A stretch of DNA of 43,896 nucleotides, from positions 64,001-107,896 of IMG/VR virus record IMGVR_UViG_3300033149_001657, one strand, 5' to 3'. The stretch comes from a virus. Lineage: Duplodnaviria > Heunggongvirae > Uroviricota > Caudoviricetes. The notes beneath the pieces were generated by a model, which saw only the letters and a list, made by a program, of their open reading frames with translations, made no database searches and was not told the origin of the DNA. This document shows, one piece after another, positions 27,972 to 37,271 of this stretch. Position numbers and translations under genes: made by a program. Within the stretch, counting starts at the first letter, position 1, and each line of letters starts with the position of its first letter.

Positions 27972-29024
27972 TTATTTGTTTAGTACAACTTTAACTTTAG
28001 CTATCTGCTCTATTCTTTGGTGTTTACAATATATCATGTGACCTTGATCGGATCCAGCAAATAGAGCTCCTAGAAAAGCAAATTTGCCATCTGCCAAGTG
28101 CTTATCATCTGTTAAGGGTGTAACAACTGGAGATCCACTGTCTCCACCAGCACATTCACACAGACACAGAACTACATCTTCATAGTAAGCTATACCTCGG
28201 CTTCCATAAACATATCCATTATAGTGTGCATCCTGTATTGTTCCATATGTCACACCAGTAGTCCTACCAGACTTTATTACAGTAGCTCCTTCTTTATGTT
28301 CACCTTTAGCTACTATCTCTCCATCAATCCCGAGAATCCTAAGTTCATAATTCACTGTTGGTTTTCCAAATGAAATGTCTACATAGTTTACTGGAGCATC
28401 ATTTCTAGTGACTATTCTATAAATTCTATGTAGAAAGTTCCTATACTTACAGTTGAAATAAGCAAACTTGGTTTCAACATAGAAAGTTAGCCTAGCCACT
28501 ATGTCATTTGGAAATGTTCCATTATCATATGGACTTGGTTGTAGCCATTCGTCTCCTATCCTAGCTTTGTTTGATAAGCTTCCACAATGATTGTTAAGTC
28601 CTATCAAGATCTTTCCATCTTTCTCATAGAACCAATTCAATGTGCAAGCTGTACCATCTCTGTGAATACATGAGATTCCAGCTACTAATGGTCTGTAACG
28701 TTTCTGATGATCATTAGGAGAGTCAGTCTTTACTGTCATACATCTACATGGTAGCTCCTCTACATAATACATTCTCTCTAGTTCCACTACATCTGTTTCC
28801 ACTACATTATTTCCAATATCCAGATGTCTTGGTATAATGTCTTTAGCTGCAAGAGAATCAAATGGCTCCTTCTTCTCAACATAGATCCTTACACAGCTGG
28901 TTCCAGGCAGCTCCTTTCCATTCTTTATTCTAGGTCTTAGAATACCACTGAATCCATGCACGTTCTTCTTTTTGTATATAGATTTCCAGTGTCTTTTCTT
29001 AAATTCTTCAATTACACTATCCAA
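27972..29024 (-). CDS. Trypsin/chymotrypsin-like serine protease with N-terminal pro-domain
   Basis: Candidate triad H (LNNHC), D (YVDIS), S (GGDSGS); KSGRTTGVTYG. Confidence 0.85.
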   Translation of the reverse strand: MDSVIEEFKKRHWKSIYKKKNVHGFSGILRPRIKNGKELPGTSCVRIYVEKKEPFDSLAAKDIIPRHLDIGNNVVETDVVELERMYYVEELPCRCMTVKTDSPNDHQKRYRPLVAGISCIHRDGTACTLNWFYEKDGKILIGLNNHCGSLSNKARIGDEWLQPSPYDNGTFPNDIVARLTFYVETKFAYFNCKYRNFLHRIYRIVTRNDAPVNYVDISFGKPTVNYELRILGIDGEIVAKGEHKEGATVIKSGRTTGVTYGTIQDAHYNGYVYGSRGIAYYEDVVLCLCECAGGDSGSPVVTPLTDDKHLADGKFAFLGALFAGSDQGHMIYCKHQRIEQIAKVKVVLNK

Positions 29025-29583
29025 GATTCATCTCACCTCTAATTACAAAGTTTCCTTTCTTAAGATTCTTAATTACTTCATACTTATTAAACTCATCAAT
29101 TTCCATCTCTATCCAGTTCTTACCTATCATACTGGGAGAATGAACATCATCCACACCAAATCCTATCACATCTGGAATCTTATCATCGTACTGTCTGATT
29201 CCACTGTTGCAGATCTCAGCTCCATCAAGCTTGTAAGCTCTACAAATTTCTCGAATCTGATCCACACTAAGTCCCTGTCTACCTGGATGAGCTAGCCAGT
29301 CTACTGAAGCCAGATCCAACCTGTCTCTCCAATCCAAAGATCTCTCCTTCTCATCCATTGGGAGATCCAGCTTGATTATGTGATATCTGAATGTCCATTC
29401 CACGCCGTTCAGAAAAATAATGTCTCTAGGGATCTGAAGCTCATGGGGTATGGTCCATGTATTGTGATCTGTAATAGATATGACTCTAAATCCTCTGTCT
29501 CTCAGAGTGTGAAGTAATTCATGAGGACTTAACTGTCCATCACTAAGAATTGTATGGTTATGTAATGAACACTTTGCTAGAAT
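29017..29583 (-). CDS. PHP-family phosphoesterase, extended 60 codons upstream of the track ORF
   Basis: The in-frame upstream sequence encodes SLHNHTILSDG and ITDHN; also GVEW, LAHP, GVDDVH. The frame opens at ATT 29583 after an in-frame TAG. Confidence 0.8.
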   Translation of the reverse strand: MLAKCSLHNHTILSDGQLSPHELLHTLRDRGFRVISITDHNTWTIPHELQIPRDIIFLNGVEWTFRYHIIKLDLPMDEKERSLDWRDRLDLASVDWLAHPGRQGLSVDQIREICRAYKLDGAEICNSGIRQYDDKIPDVIGFGVDDVHSPSMIGKNWIEMEIDEFNKYEVIKNLKKGNFVIRGEMNLG

Positions 29584-29595
29584 CTATATTCCCTC

Positions 29596-29832
29596 CTATC
29601 TAATCCATACTCTTCCTAATATGCTCTCCCATACGGGTTCAATATCTATATACGGACAGTCTATCTCTATGAATCGTAGTTTCTTTCCACACTTAGGACA
29701 GTAGTTCCACTCTGGTATAACAGGATAGTTACATCTAGGACATCTCATGCTAGCATAAGGTGAATATGGTATTGTTATCACCATTCTAGGTTCCCTAGCT
29801 GTAGTCTCATTGTTGTTGGTATAATCTCTCAT
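29596..29832 (-). CDS. Zinc-ribbon protein
   Basis: CPRCNY...YCPKCG; AGGTGA RBS upstream. Confidence 0.65.
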   Translation of the reverse strand: MRDYTNNNETTAREPRMVITIPYSPYASMRCPRCNYPVIPEWNYCPKCGKKLRFIEIDCPYIDIEPVWESILGRVWIR

Positions 29833-29886
29833 ATTTTTATTTCACCTCAGACATTGATTATAATATATTCCTAATCCTATAAACTT

Positions 29887-30128
29887 TTAGATAGTAACTA
29901 TCCTATAAGTACCTTTTATTTTCAGGTAAGTATAATATTCATAGTCTTTACCTAACAAATAAGATTTAAACTTATCAGAAGCTAATCTCATCATTTCCTT
30001 GTAAAATTCCATTTTAAAATAGCTTCATTGTAATTTTCCTCAAATCGCTTGACAGCTACTTTCATTGCATATTCTTTGTCGTTTATTTTATTACCTGGAA
30101 TTGCAAGACCACACTTCTTACATTTTAG
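29887..30128 (-). pseudogene. Frameshifted, N-terminally broken third paralog of the 30160/30498 Zn-ribbon-helix family
   Basis: KCKKCG...RFEENYNEAILK in one frame continues in the -1 frame as MEFYKEMMRLASDKFKSYLL, similar to YHKILMNKASKDLRKYLL. Confidence 0.5.
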
Positions 30129-30159
30129 CTACTGAGACAAAGAAAAGATTACTATGAAC

Positions 30160-30495
30160 TCAAAGTCTCCTAGCTAACAGATACTTTCTTAGATCTTTAC
30201 TAGCTTTGTTCATCAAAATCTTATGGTATTTAGCCATTTGAACATGAGTTTCATATCTCTCTTCAAGTCTGTTATAATACTCAATAGATTTCTGAAGTAT
30301 CTCATCGTTGTTTAGATCGGCTTTAAATACAAACCTACATTCAGGACAAAAATATCTTCCATCATTAGTAGCAATAATGGTTTCTAAATAAGATATATTT
30401 CCACAGAATGGACATTTCCTTGTTCTAGGATATTTCTCAAGAAGCTTCTTCATAGCTTTTCTATAAAGATCGTCAAAGTCAACTTCATCGTTCAA
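30160..30495 (-). CDS. Zinc ribbon plus helical C-terminus
   Basis: CPFCG...CPEC, then IEYYNRLEERY...LLARRL. Confidence 0.7.
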   Translation of the reverse strand: MNDEVDFDDLYRKAMKKLLEKYPRTRKCPFCGNISYLETIIATNDGRYFCPECRFVFKADLNNDEILQKSIEYYNRLEERYETHVQMAKYHKILMNKASKDLRKYLLARRL

Positions 30496-30497
30496 TC

Positions 30498-30896
30498 TTA
30501 TAGTCTCTCCTTGAGTAATATAGATTTTACATTTGTACCAGCTTTGTCAAGTATATTCTTGTAATGTAAAAGATACTCATTCAGCTTCTCTATTTCATCA
30601 CGTACTTTGTTGTATTCACGTTCTATCTTTTCATAATACTCTATGGCATAATCAGTCAATAGATGAGTAGGAGTATTAGGATAGAACTTGAACTTACAGT
30701 TGCTACAATAGTATTGTTCGATAAATTGACCTGTCTGTCTTAGTCTAGCTGTCATCTGTTCACAGTACGGACACTTAACTACTCTCTTGATAAATAGATC
30801 TCTAGAAAGAGTAATATTGACGTTTACTCCACCTATCATACTATCGTAGCTACTCATCTTTGGTCCAGTAGCTCCATCCACATTTCTTACATTCAT
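30498..30896 (-). CDS. Zinc ribbon plus helical C-terminus, paralog of 30160..30495
   Basis: CPYC...CSNC, then IEYYEKIEREY...LLKERL. Confidence 0.7.
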   Translation of the reverse strand: MNVRNVDGATGPKMSSYDSMIGGVNVNITLSRDLFIKRVVKCPYCEQMTARLRQTGQFIEQYYCSNCKFKFYPNTPTHLLTDYAIEYYEKIEREYNKVRDEIEKLNEYLLHYKNILDKAGTNVKSILLKERL

Positions 30897-31032
30897 ATGT
30901 TATTTCAGTAACTATCTTTTTACTTTTGAAGACTCCATCTGTTATCTTGTAGTATCTAACAACATTCTCCACTACTTCATCTCTACATACTGGACAGTAT
31001 AGTTTCCCATCTATCTCAATTGGTCCAGGCAC
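30850..31032 (-). CDS. Zinc-ribbon protein
   Basis: CPVC...YECKKCGW. Confidence 0.65.
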   Translation of the reverse strand: MPGPIEIDGKLYCPVCRDEVVENVVRYYKITDGVFKSKKIVTEITYECKKCGWSYWTKDE

Positions 31033-31037
31033 TCAGT

Positions 31038-33596
31038 TCACCTCCCAAAGAATGAGGATATAGAAGTCTGACCTCTAGCACTTCTCATTACCTCGTTCCA
31101 TGATAAGCCTATAAGAGCTAATAAGTCTTCTGTCTTCTTCTTAATAGTACGTTCAAGGAGTCTATCTCTGTCTATAATAATACCAGAAGCTTTCTCTAGA
31201 TCAGAAGCTTCTCTAAATCCAGCTACGTCAGAATAAACAGTCTTTGTTATATGATAAATTATCTTGTTCTTGTCAGTCTTTGGATCTTTCTTGTTGATCT
31301 CTAGTGGTTCCTTTAGCTTTACTATTACGGTTATTGGCTTGTAACGATATTCCTTTATTGGTACGTAGAAGAACCTCTCTCCTTCCTGAATATCTAAATC
31401 AAGTATTTGGTTAGCAAACTCCATTGCTTTGAGCTGTATAACCATACTTGTGTATTCTGTTCTAGGTTTGGTCAAAGTTACAGCTATACCTATTTTCTCT
31501 AGAGGATACTTGTCGAGTTTCCTAATCTGTTTCTCTATGAAGTTCTTTATTTTCTGTTTATCAGCTCCATTTAACATCAGATCAATTAGTCCCTCTTGAG
31601 TCTCTATGGTTAGTTCAGACTGATCTTTCCTTACTATCTCAAGTCCCTTGAAGACCTTTCTACCATCTAGAGTCTTACCAGCATATCGTTTCTTAGCTAG
31701 CACAATAAGTCTTTTGTAGATCTCGTCTATCTCTAGAATTATTAAGCTTGGATCCACTCCATAGTGTCTGCTGATATAGTCATGTAGTCTTGACTGAATC
31801 TTGTCTCTTATCTGTTCAGCTTCGTTTTCAGAACCAGTCCTCATCTTGACAAATAATGAGTCAGTGTCGCCCATTATAGCCTCATATCCTATTTCTTTGC
31901 ATATCTCAATTGACTTTTTTAGTACATTTCTAGCAGCTATAGTTATACTTTCAGCTATAGCTATTGAGTAGAATCTAGACGCTGGTAGGTGACGTTCTGG
32001 ATCACCAGGAAACCCAAAGAACCCATATATTCCATTTACTATAGATTTGTACGCAAGTCTTCTACGTTTGAGAGCATTCAAAAGATCCCAGTCCCTTTTC
32101 TCTCTAGCTAACTTCTGTTGTCTCTTGTTTTCATCCAGTATAGGAGCCATCTCCTCTAGTAGTTGTACTGTCCAGCTCTTGGTACTTGATACATATCTGG
32201 CTCCTTCCAGTGAGATGTCACCAGAAGCATCATAAGTATCCCATCCAATATTGAATGTTCTGATTATGGATGGATACAGAGACTTAAAATCTACACATAC
32301 AACCCAGTCATGTATTCCAGGTATAGCTTTTAGAACTATGGCTCCTGAATATCTTCTTCTGACTTTCTCTACTGGTCTGGTTCTTAGAATCATCTTACCA
32401 TGTAGTAGTCTAAGATATGAAATGTCAGCTACTCTAGCTGCATACATGGCATCGTTGAATGAACATCCGACTTTGCGTCTAATAGGATCTAGATATTCAT
32501 CGATGAGCTTGAGCTTTCTGTCTATCTGCTTGATTAGATGAACATCTCTAAGGTTGTAATATAGAACATTTCTATAGTCACGTTTCCACGTTTCTCCTAT
32601 ACTACCATGTTTCAGAGGAATCTTTCCATGTCCAAGTACAACTTTGGAGATAAAGTCCAGAGTCTGGAATCTCTGTCCTCCTTCCACTTTTTCATATACC
32701 TCCTGTAGATCTATGTACTCAATACCACCTATGCTTAGATAGTCGGATCTCTTGGATTTCTTATCAGGATCTCTTTCTGAACTGACATACACTTTGAATA
32801 TATCGGAGAGTCCTCTGTATGGTATTTTGAGGTCTCTCATTCTACGTAAAAGAACCATCATATCGAACTTTGTAAATGAAACAAAAATATCTGGTCTTAT
32901 CTTTCTAATATAGTCGATGAAAGCATTCAGTACAGATACTTCGTCTCTGAAATATCTAATGTATTCATGATCTATTCCCTTGGTCTCTCTCCAGTATAGC
33001 TGGAGATACTGTTTTGAGAATGAATCCCACATCCCTATGATGGAGATTTGTTTGGAGCTTTCTGACACAGTCTCAACATCTAGAAACAATACTCGCTTAG
33101 ACGAGTATGGACACTCAGCTCCTTTACAATATGTGTCATCCCATGGAATGTATCTGTCAAGTTTATGCAGACTGAAGTAAAGATCATTCACTTCGATCCC
33201 GTTGCGAATATCCTTATCTATCAAGTATCGATATACAAATAATACATCTGCTTCGTAAGTATCAAAACCCCTAGGTCTGTACTTGCTCTTCTTATTATGC
33301 AACCATTTCTTAAGTTTAGCTACATCACTTGGAATTTTAGTTACTATCTTAGCAGCTAAGTCTCCACCACCCATCATAGGCATTCTAACAGTTTCTATTC
33401 TTTTAATCATAGATTTGTAGTCTTCAGGAAATTGAATATATGATAGATCCTGTCTTTGAATATAGAAGTATGGCTCAAAGTTTGGATCTCTGAAAATAAA
33501 TCTATTTCCATCTTTGTCTCTAGTAAACAGATATACAACTGGAGTTCCTTTCTCTATTCTATATGTAGCTGTTACAAGAGACAATAACAAGTTCAA
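31038..33596 (-). CDS. polB: Family B DNA polymerase, archaeal type, with proofreading domain and PIP box
   Basis: FEPYFY, FLDVET, KFD, YNLRD, DFKSLYPS, KSIVNGIYG, GDTDS, KKRYAG; C-terminal QTSISSFF. Confidence 0.95.
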   Translation of the reverse strand: MNLLLSLVTATYRIEKGTPVVYLFTRDKDGNRFIFRDPNFEPYFYIQRQDLSYIQFPEDYKSMIKRIETVRMPMMGGGDLAAKIVTKIPSDVAKLKKWLHNKKSKYRPRGFDTYEADVLFVYRYLIDKDIRNGIEVNDLYFSLHKLDRYIPWDDTYCKGAECPYSSKRVLFLDVETVSESSKQISIIGMWDSFSKQYLQLYWRETKGIDHEYIRYFRDEVSVLNAFIDYIRKIRPDIFVSFTKFDMMVLLRRMRDLKIPYRGLSDIFKVYVSSERDPDKKSKRSDYLSIGGIEYIDLQEVYEKVEGGQRFQTLDFISKVVLGHGKIPLKHGSIGETWKRDYRNVLYYNLRDVHLIKQIDRKLKLIDEYLDPIRRKVGCSFNDAMYAARVADISYLRLLHGKMILRTRPVEKVRRRYSGAIVLKAIPGIHDWVVCVDFKSLYPSIIRTFNIGWDTYDASGDISLEGARYVSSTKSWTVQLLEEMAPILDENKRQQKLAREKRDWDLLNALKRRRLAYKSIVNGIYGFFGFPGDPERHLPASRFYSIAIAESITIAARNVLKKSIEICKEIGYEAIMGDTDSLFVKMRTGSENEAEQIRDKIQSRLHDYISRHYGVDPSLIILEIDEIYKRLIVLAKKRYAGKTLDGRKVFKGLEIVRKDQSELTIETQEGLIDLMLNGADKQKIKNFIEKQIRKLDKYPLEKIGIAVTLTKPRTEYTSMVIQLKAMEFANQILDLDIQEGERFFYVPIKEYRYKPITVIVKLKEPLEINKKDPKTDKNKIIYHITKTVYSDVAGFREASDLEKASGIIIDRDRLLERTIKKKTEDLLALIGLSWNEVMRSARGQTSISSFFGR

Positions 33597-33604
33597 TTCA
33601 CCAT

Positions 33605-33628
33605 AAAAAAAAAGAGGAAATTTTTAGT
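33605..33628 (-). terminator. Oligo-T tract after the ParB-like gene (archaeal-type terminator candidate)
   Basis: T9 run (33605-33613) on the minus strand, 16 nt after the stop at 33629. Confidence 0.35.
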
Positions 33629-34537
33629 TTAGAACATTAGTCCTAGCTCTTTAGCTCTTTTGTTTACATATTCCCATAGTATTTGAGCTACTATATCGTC
33701 CAATGTATCATTAGGAAAATCGAACTTAGCTATAGTTATTAACTTAGTTACTAGATCTGATGGAAGTCTCACTGGTCTCATTAGATATTTACGTTCATTC
33801 TTTGGCTTTCTTAGCTCTTCACTCATCTGCTTATATTTCTCTAGCTTAATCTCTGGGTTGACATCCAGATGACCCATCTTTGCATCTTGTACTAGTTCTT
33901 CTACAAGTCTCAATGGAGCTTCATTAGCTATCTCAAGTGTCTTGACAGCTACTTCTGGATTCTCCTTGAATACATCAAGTGTTTGAAGACTATTCCTGAG
34001 CAACTGTTTCTTCTTGATTGGAAGCTTCTTATATTCCTCTTCCTTCTCAGCTTGCTTCAATACATCTGGTACTTTATGAAGTCCCAACCATTCTCTTATA
34101 GTACTTGGAGATCTACCAGTAATAAGTGCTATCTGTTCCACAGACAGATTTTTGTCTCTAAGTGTCTTTGCAAATTGATATCTGTCCTCCATAGTCATAT
34201 CGTACTTTAGTTCATTCTCAAGGAATGAACGTACTATCTTTTCATTCTCTGACATGCGTTTCTTTAGACACCATATTTTTGGAATATCAGCTAATAATGC
34301 AGCTCTATATCGTCTTCCACCAGATACAACATACAGTTCCTCATCAACTATTATTGGTTCAGTGTTTATTCCAGTCTCTCTCAAAGATACTACTAGAGAA
34401 TCCAGGTCTACCTCTGGCTCATCCTTACGAGCATTGTAAGGAGATACTCCTTTTAGCTCTTTAGGATCAATATAGAGTATCTCCCATTCTTCATCTAGAA
34501 AATCTAGAAGCTTCTCAGGTGTAGTGTTCTCTGACAT
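33629..34537 (-). CDS. ParB/Srx-domain protein with HTH
   Basis: YNAR, PIIVDE...VVSGGRRYRA, ENELK; HTH SVEQIALITGRSPSTIREWL. Confidence 0.85.
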   Translation of the reverse strand: MSENTTPEKLLDFLDEEWEILYIDPKELKGVSPYNARKDEPEVDLDSLVVSLRETGINTEPIIVDEELYVVSGGRRYRAALLADIPKIWCLKKRMSENEKIVRSFLENELKYDMTMEDRYQFAKTLRDKNLSVEQIALITGRSPSTIREWLGLHKVPDVLKQAEKEEEYKKLPIKKKQLLRNSLQTLDVFKENPEVAVKTLEIANEAPLRLVEELVQDAKMGHLDVNPEIKLEKYKQMSEELRKPKNERKYLMRPVRLPSDLVTKLITIAKFDFPNDTLDDIVAQILWEYVNKRAKELGLMF

Positions 34538-34547
34538 TTAATTCACC

Positions 34548-35570
34548 TCATAAATTGACAAACTCTGACTCTAGTGGAACATTGATGTATCCTCTCATGT
34601 TCATCACTATCTCTTCTTCGCCAGAGCCATATCTCTTGAGCTTTGATAGAGTTCCAAAGGCTAATATCCTGTTGTTCTCTGAGAAATTGATGGTCAGATA
34701 TTTTGGCACAAAGCAAGTAAGTTCATTCTGAGTATCAAAGTCTGTAAGTCTAACAACATTTTGCTTGTTCTCTCCTGTGAATATGATGTTCACTACATCG
34801 CCCTCAATGAACACTGGATCTCTCCTCCAGTATCTTCTCTCCTCTGAATCCTCTGGTGGTACAAACTTTATCTCATATATGCTCTCTAGTTCGTTGATAC
34901 TGTAGATGTCAAATGTTTTCCTAACCAGTCTCTCCTGCTCAAGAGGATCTATCTGTTTGAGGGTTGGTCTGAACCTAGTAACTGTACAAGCATTTAGATG
35001 ATAGTATGGCAGCTGTTTATCAGTCTTTTTTGGTAGAGCCCTGAAATTGTAGAGAACGTGAAGATTCTTTGGTCTTGTCTCTGTGATCAGGTCTCCCCAC
35101 ACTTCGAGTTGACCAAACTTTAGACGTTCCTCTTCCAACTCTCTTCCAGTGGAACCAATAAAGTAGTATGTTCTATGATCTATTCCCTCTATCGGTTTCA
35201 GATAGTTGTCAGATCCCTCTCTATAGTCAAGCCATACCTCTGGCTGTGGATGATATTTTGACTGTAGTTCTGGTGACATTCTTTTTATCTTAGAAATCAT
35301 ACGATCAGCTGTGTTTTCAATTGGGGAACATCCAAAGAAGAACCCTGTGTGCATAATAGCTCTGGAGTTAGCTCCACCCTCTTCTCTCTGAAGCTGTAGC
35401 TTAAGCAATCTTAGACACAACACTAGTCGTTTTTCTTGTTTCATTCTTGGATGTTCTTCTCGTATTCTAGGTAGATACTCAAGCATTTCATTCCTCAATA
35501 CTTCTATTGGTATTCCATACATCTCAGAGAACTGATTCAATCTTTCTTGTATTTTAGATGGTATCTCCAT
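34548..35570 (-). CDS. Putative OB-fold single-stranded DNA-binding protein (RPA-like)
   Basis: N-terminal helical bundle then beta-rich segments (VFIEGDVV...VVRLTDF...ILAFGTL); replication-module context. Confidence 0.45.
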   Translation of the reverse strand: MEIPSKIQERLNQFSEMYGIPIEVLRNEMLEYLPRIREEHPRMKQEKRLVLCLRLLKLQLQREEGGANSRAIMHTGFFFGCSPIENTADRMISKIKRMSPELQSKYHPQPEVWLDYREGSDNYLKPIEGIDHRTYYFIGSTGRELEEERLKFGQLEVWGDLITETRPKNLHVLYNFRALPKKTDKQLPYYHLNACTVTRFRPTLKQIDPLEQERLVRKTFDIYSINELESIYEIKFVPPEDSEERRYWRRDPVFIEGDVVNIIFTGENKQNVVRLTDFDTQNELTCFVPKYLTINFSENNRILAFGTLSKLKRYGSGEEEIVMNMRGYINVPLESEFVNL

Positions 35571-35654
35571 ATTTATCCCTCCTTGTTTGTGTTTTAAATA
35601 AGTCCGTTAAGGACCATGATCCAATTCAAACTTATAGATAAGATTTTTTTATGA

Positions 35655-35810
35655 CTAAAGACTTGCAGCTAGAGCACACTCCTTTGAACAATAAACATGT
35701 CCAATTGAAATCTTACCATCTTTCCAAACAGTCTGTATAATTGGATTATTAATTTTCCTACCACAGTATTGACATCTATATTCTCTTTCTTTAGTTATAG
35801 TACTACTCAT
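35655..35810 (-). CDS. TRASH/MYM-type small Zn-finger protein not in the ORF track (51 aa)
   Basis: Read manually: MSSTITKEREYRCQYCGRKINNPIIQTVWKDGKISIGHVYCSKECALAASL; overlaps the ERCC4 stop by 4 bp. Confidence 0.7.
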   Translation of the reverse strand: MSSTITKEREYRCQYCGRKINNPIIQTVWKDGKISIGHVYCSKECALAASL

Positions 35811-36457
35811 TCTCTAAGTACCTCAAATATTCTTTTTCCTTTCTTACCAAGTCTTCTATTGTTTATAACTATAGATGAGAGCTCATCCTCATCCATGTCA
35901 CATAGCTCAGCTATTGTGTATGTACGTCCAAGATAGTTAGCTGTTTTCTTACCAAGACCAGGAACACATCCAAGCATCTCTATTCTTATCTCCTCATTGG
36001 TAACACCACGTTTCGGTCTCAAAGGTTTAAGGCTTGGCTCTGTTTTTAAGCTTTTCTTATAATATTCCAACAGATCCTTTATGAAATCATCATCTGAAGC
36101 TACATGGATAACTGGTATTCTAAAGGAATAGTAACTAATGATTCTATGTAGTCGTAGTTCTCTTTCAATATCAACTGGTACAAGCTTATTTCCTACTCTT
36201 TTCTGAGGTGGTCTTTTAGGATAGACTCCAGTAATATAAACTATTGGTCTCTTAAGATCCTTCATTCTATACAATTGAGAATAGTATCGTTGTTCAACTA
36301 TACTGTTGAAGAAGTCATCAATTGTCTTTCTTTCTATTACAAGCTCATCTCCTAGTACATAATCTCCTATAGGTAGTCTAATTTTCTTAACTTCCACTCC
36401 ATAGTTACGTATTTTTTCCATCATTATGCTAGGTTCTCTATCGTCAACATATATCAT
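35807..36457 (-). CDS. ERCC4-domain (XPF/Hef-like) structure-specific nuclease with HhH
   Basis: IYVDDRE, IGDYV, IERKT; HhH LGCVPGLGKKTA. Confidence 0.9.
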   Translation of the reverse strand: MIYVDDREPSIMMEKIRNYGVEVKKIRLPIGDYVLGDELVIERKTIDDFFNSIVEQRYYSQLYRMKDLKRPIVYITGVYPKRPPQKRVGNKLVPVDIERELRLHRIISYYSFRIPVIHVASDDDFIKDLLEYYKKSLKTEPSLKPLRPKRGVTNEEIRIEMLGCVPGLGKKTANYLGRTYTIAELCDMDEDELSSIVINNRRLGKKGKRIFEVLRE

Positions 36458-36458
36458 T

Positions 36459-36674
36459 TTATAACACCTTAGCTAACTCTAATCCATCTATCCATTCTAT
36501 AAAACATTTTCTACAGTATACACTTCCTTTGGGTCTATTACTTGGTATGGTAGGAAGAAAGAATATGAGATGTTGTTCTGAAATGAACTCATTACACTTG
36601 TCACACCTAGTTGGTCTTGTGCAATCTCTTATGAAGACAGGAATCCATGATGATCTCCTCTTCTTAGAGCTCAT
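36459..36674 (-). CDS. Small Zn-finger protein
   Basis: RCDKC...YCRKC. Confidence 0.6.
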   Translation of the reverse strand: MSSKKRRSSWIPVFIRDCTRPTRCDKCNEFISEQHLIFFLPTIPSNRPKGSVYCRKCFIEWIDGLELAKVL

Positions 36675-37041
36675 TAGCTAGTCCCCATTCATCAATATTA
36701 ATTGTTACGGTGTATCCACAGTTCTTACACTCTAGAACAAGCTGAACAAAGTCTCTTAGTAATGACTCAAGCATAATATGTTTAGCAGCTGTAGAGCTTG
36801 AAGGATTAGAGGCATTAATTGTTATAGTACCTGTCGGGTAGATTGAAAACCAATCAGTCCATACAGTTCCATTGACAATTGTACCTTCATAGGTGTTTTC
36901 CTGAGATTCTCTTCTAAGTATTTCTCTAGCATAATCTCTAAATGAGAAAGTACTCTTTTCTTTTTTATATCTTTTAACCCAGGTAATTCTAAAGTCAGTA
37001 TGTTTGCAATTTGGACATAAAGGAATTCTTATCATTCTCAA
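36664..37041 (-). CDS. Split zinc-ribbon protein with long insert
   Basis: CPNC at the N-terminus and LECKNCGY at the C-terminus. Confidence 0.6.
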   Translation of the reverse strand: MRMIRIPLCPNCKHTDFRITWVKRYKKEKSTFSFRDYAREILRRESQENTYEGTIVNGTVWTDWFSIYPTGTITINASNPSSSTAAKHIMLESLLRDFVQLVLECKNCGYTVTINIDEWGLANEL

Positions 37042-37271
37042 AGATCACTTCTAGTATAGACTTCTGTATATCCACATCCCTTACAATATATCACTATTTG
37101 AAGTATTTCATTGCTAGTAGCGGGGTATGGATAGAGCTGCATTTCGAGAGAGATTCTTTTTGATATTTCTTCCTTGCTATAATCAAGAGGATCTACTAGA
37201 TCTACTTCTCGTTTAGTTACTATCCTTGAAGAGATAGCTACAGATCCACAGTTAGGACATCTAGTATTCAT
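37038..37271 (-). CDS. Split zinc-ribbon protein, probable paralog of 36664..37041
   Basis: CPNCG...QIVIYCKGCGYT. Confidence 0.6.
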   Translation of the reverse strand: MNTRCPNCGSVAISSRIVTKREVDLVDPLDYSKEEISKRISLEMQLYPYPATSNEILQIVIYCKGCGYTEVYTRSDL

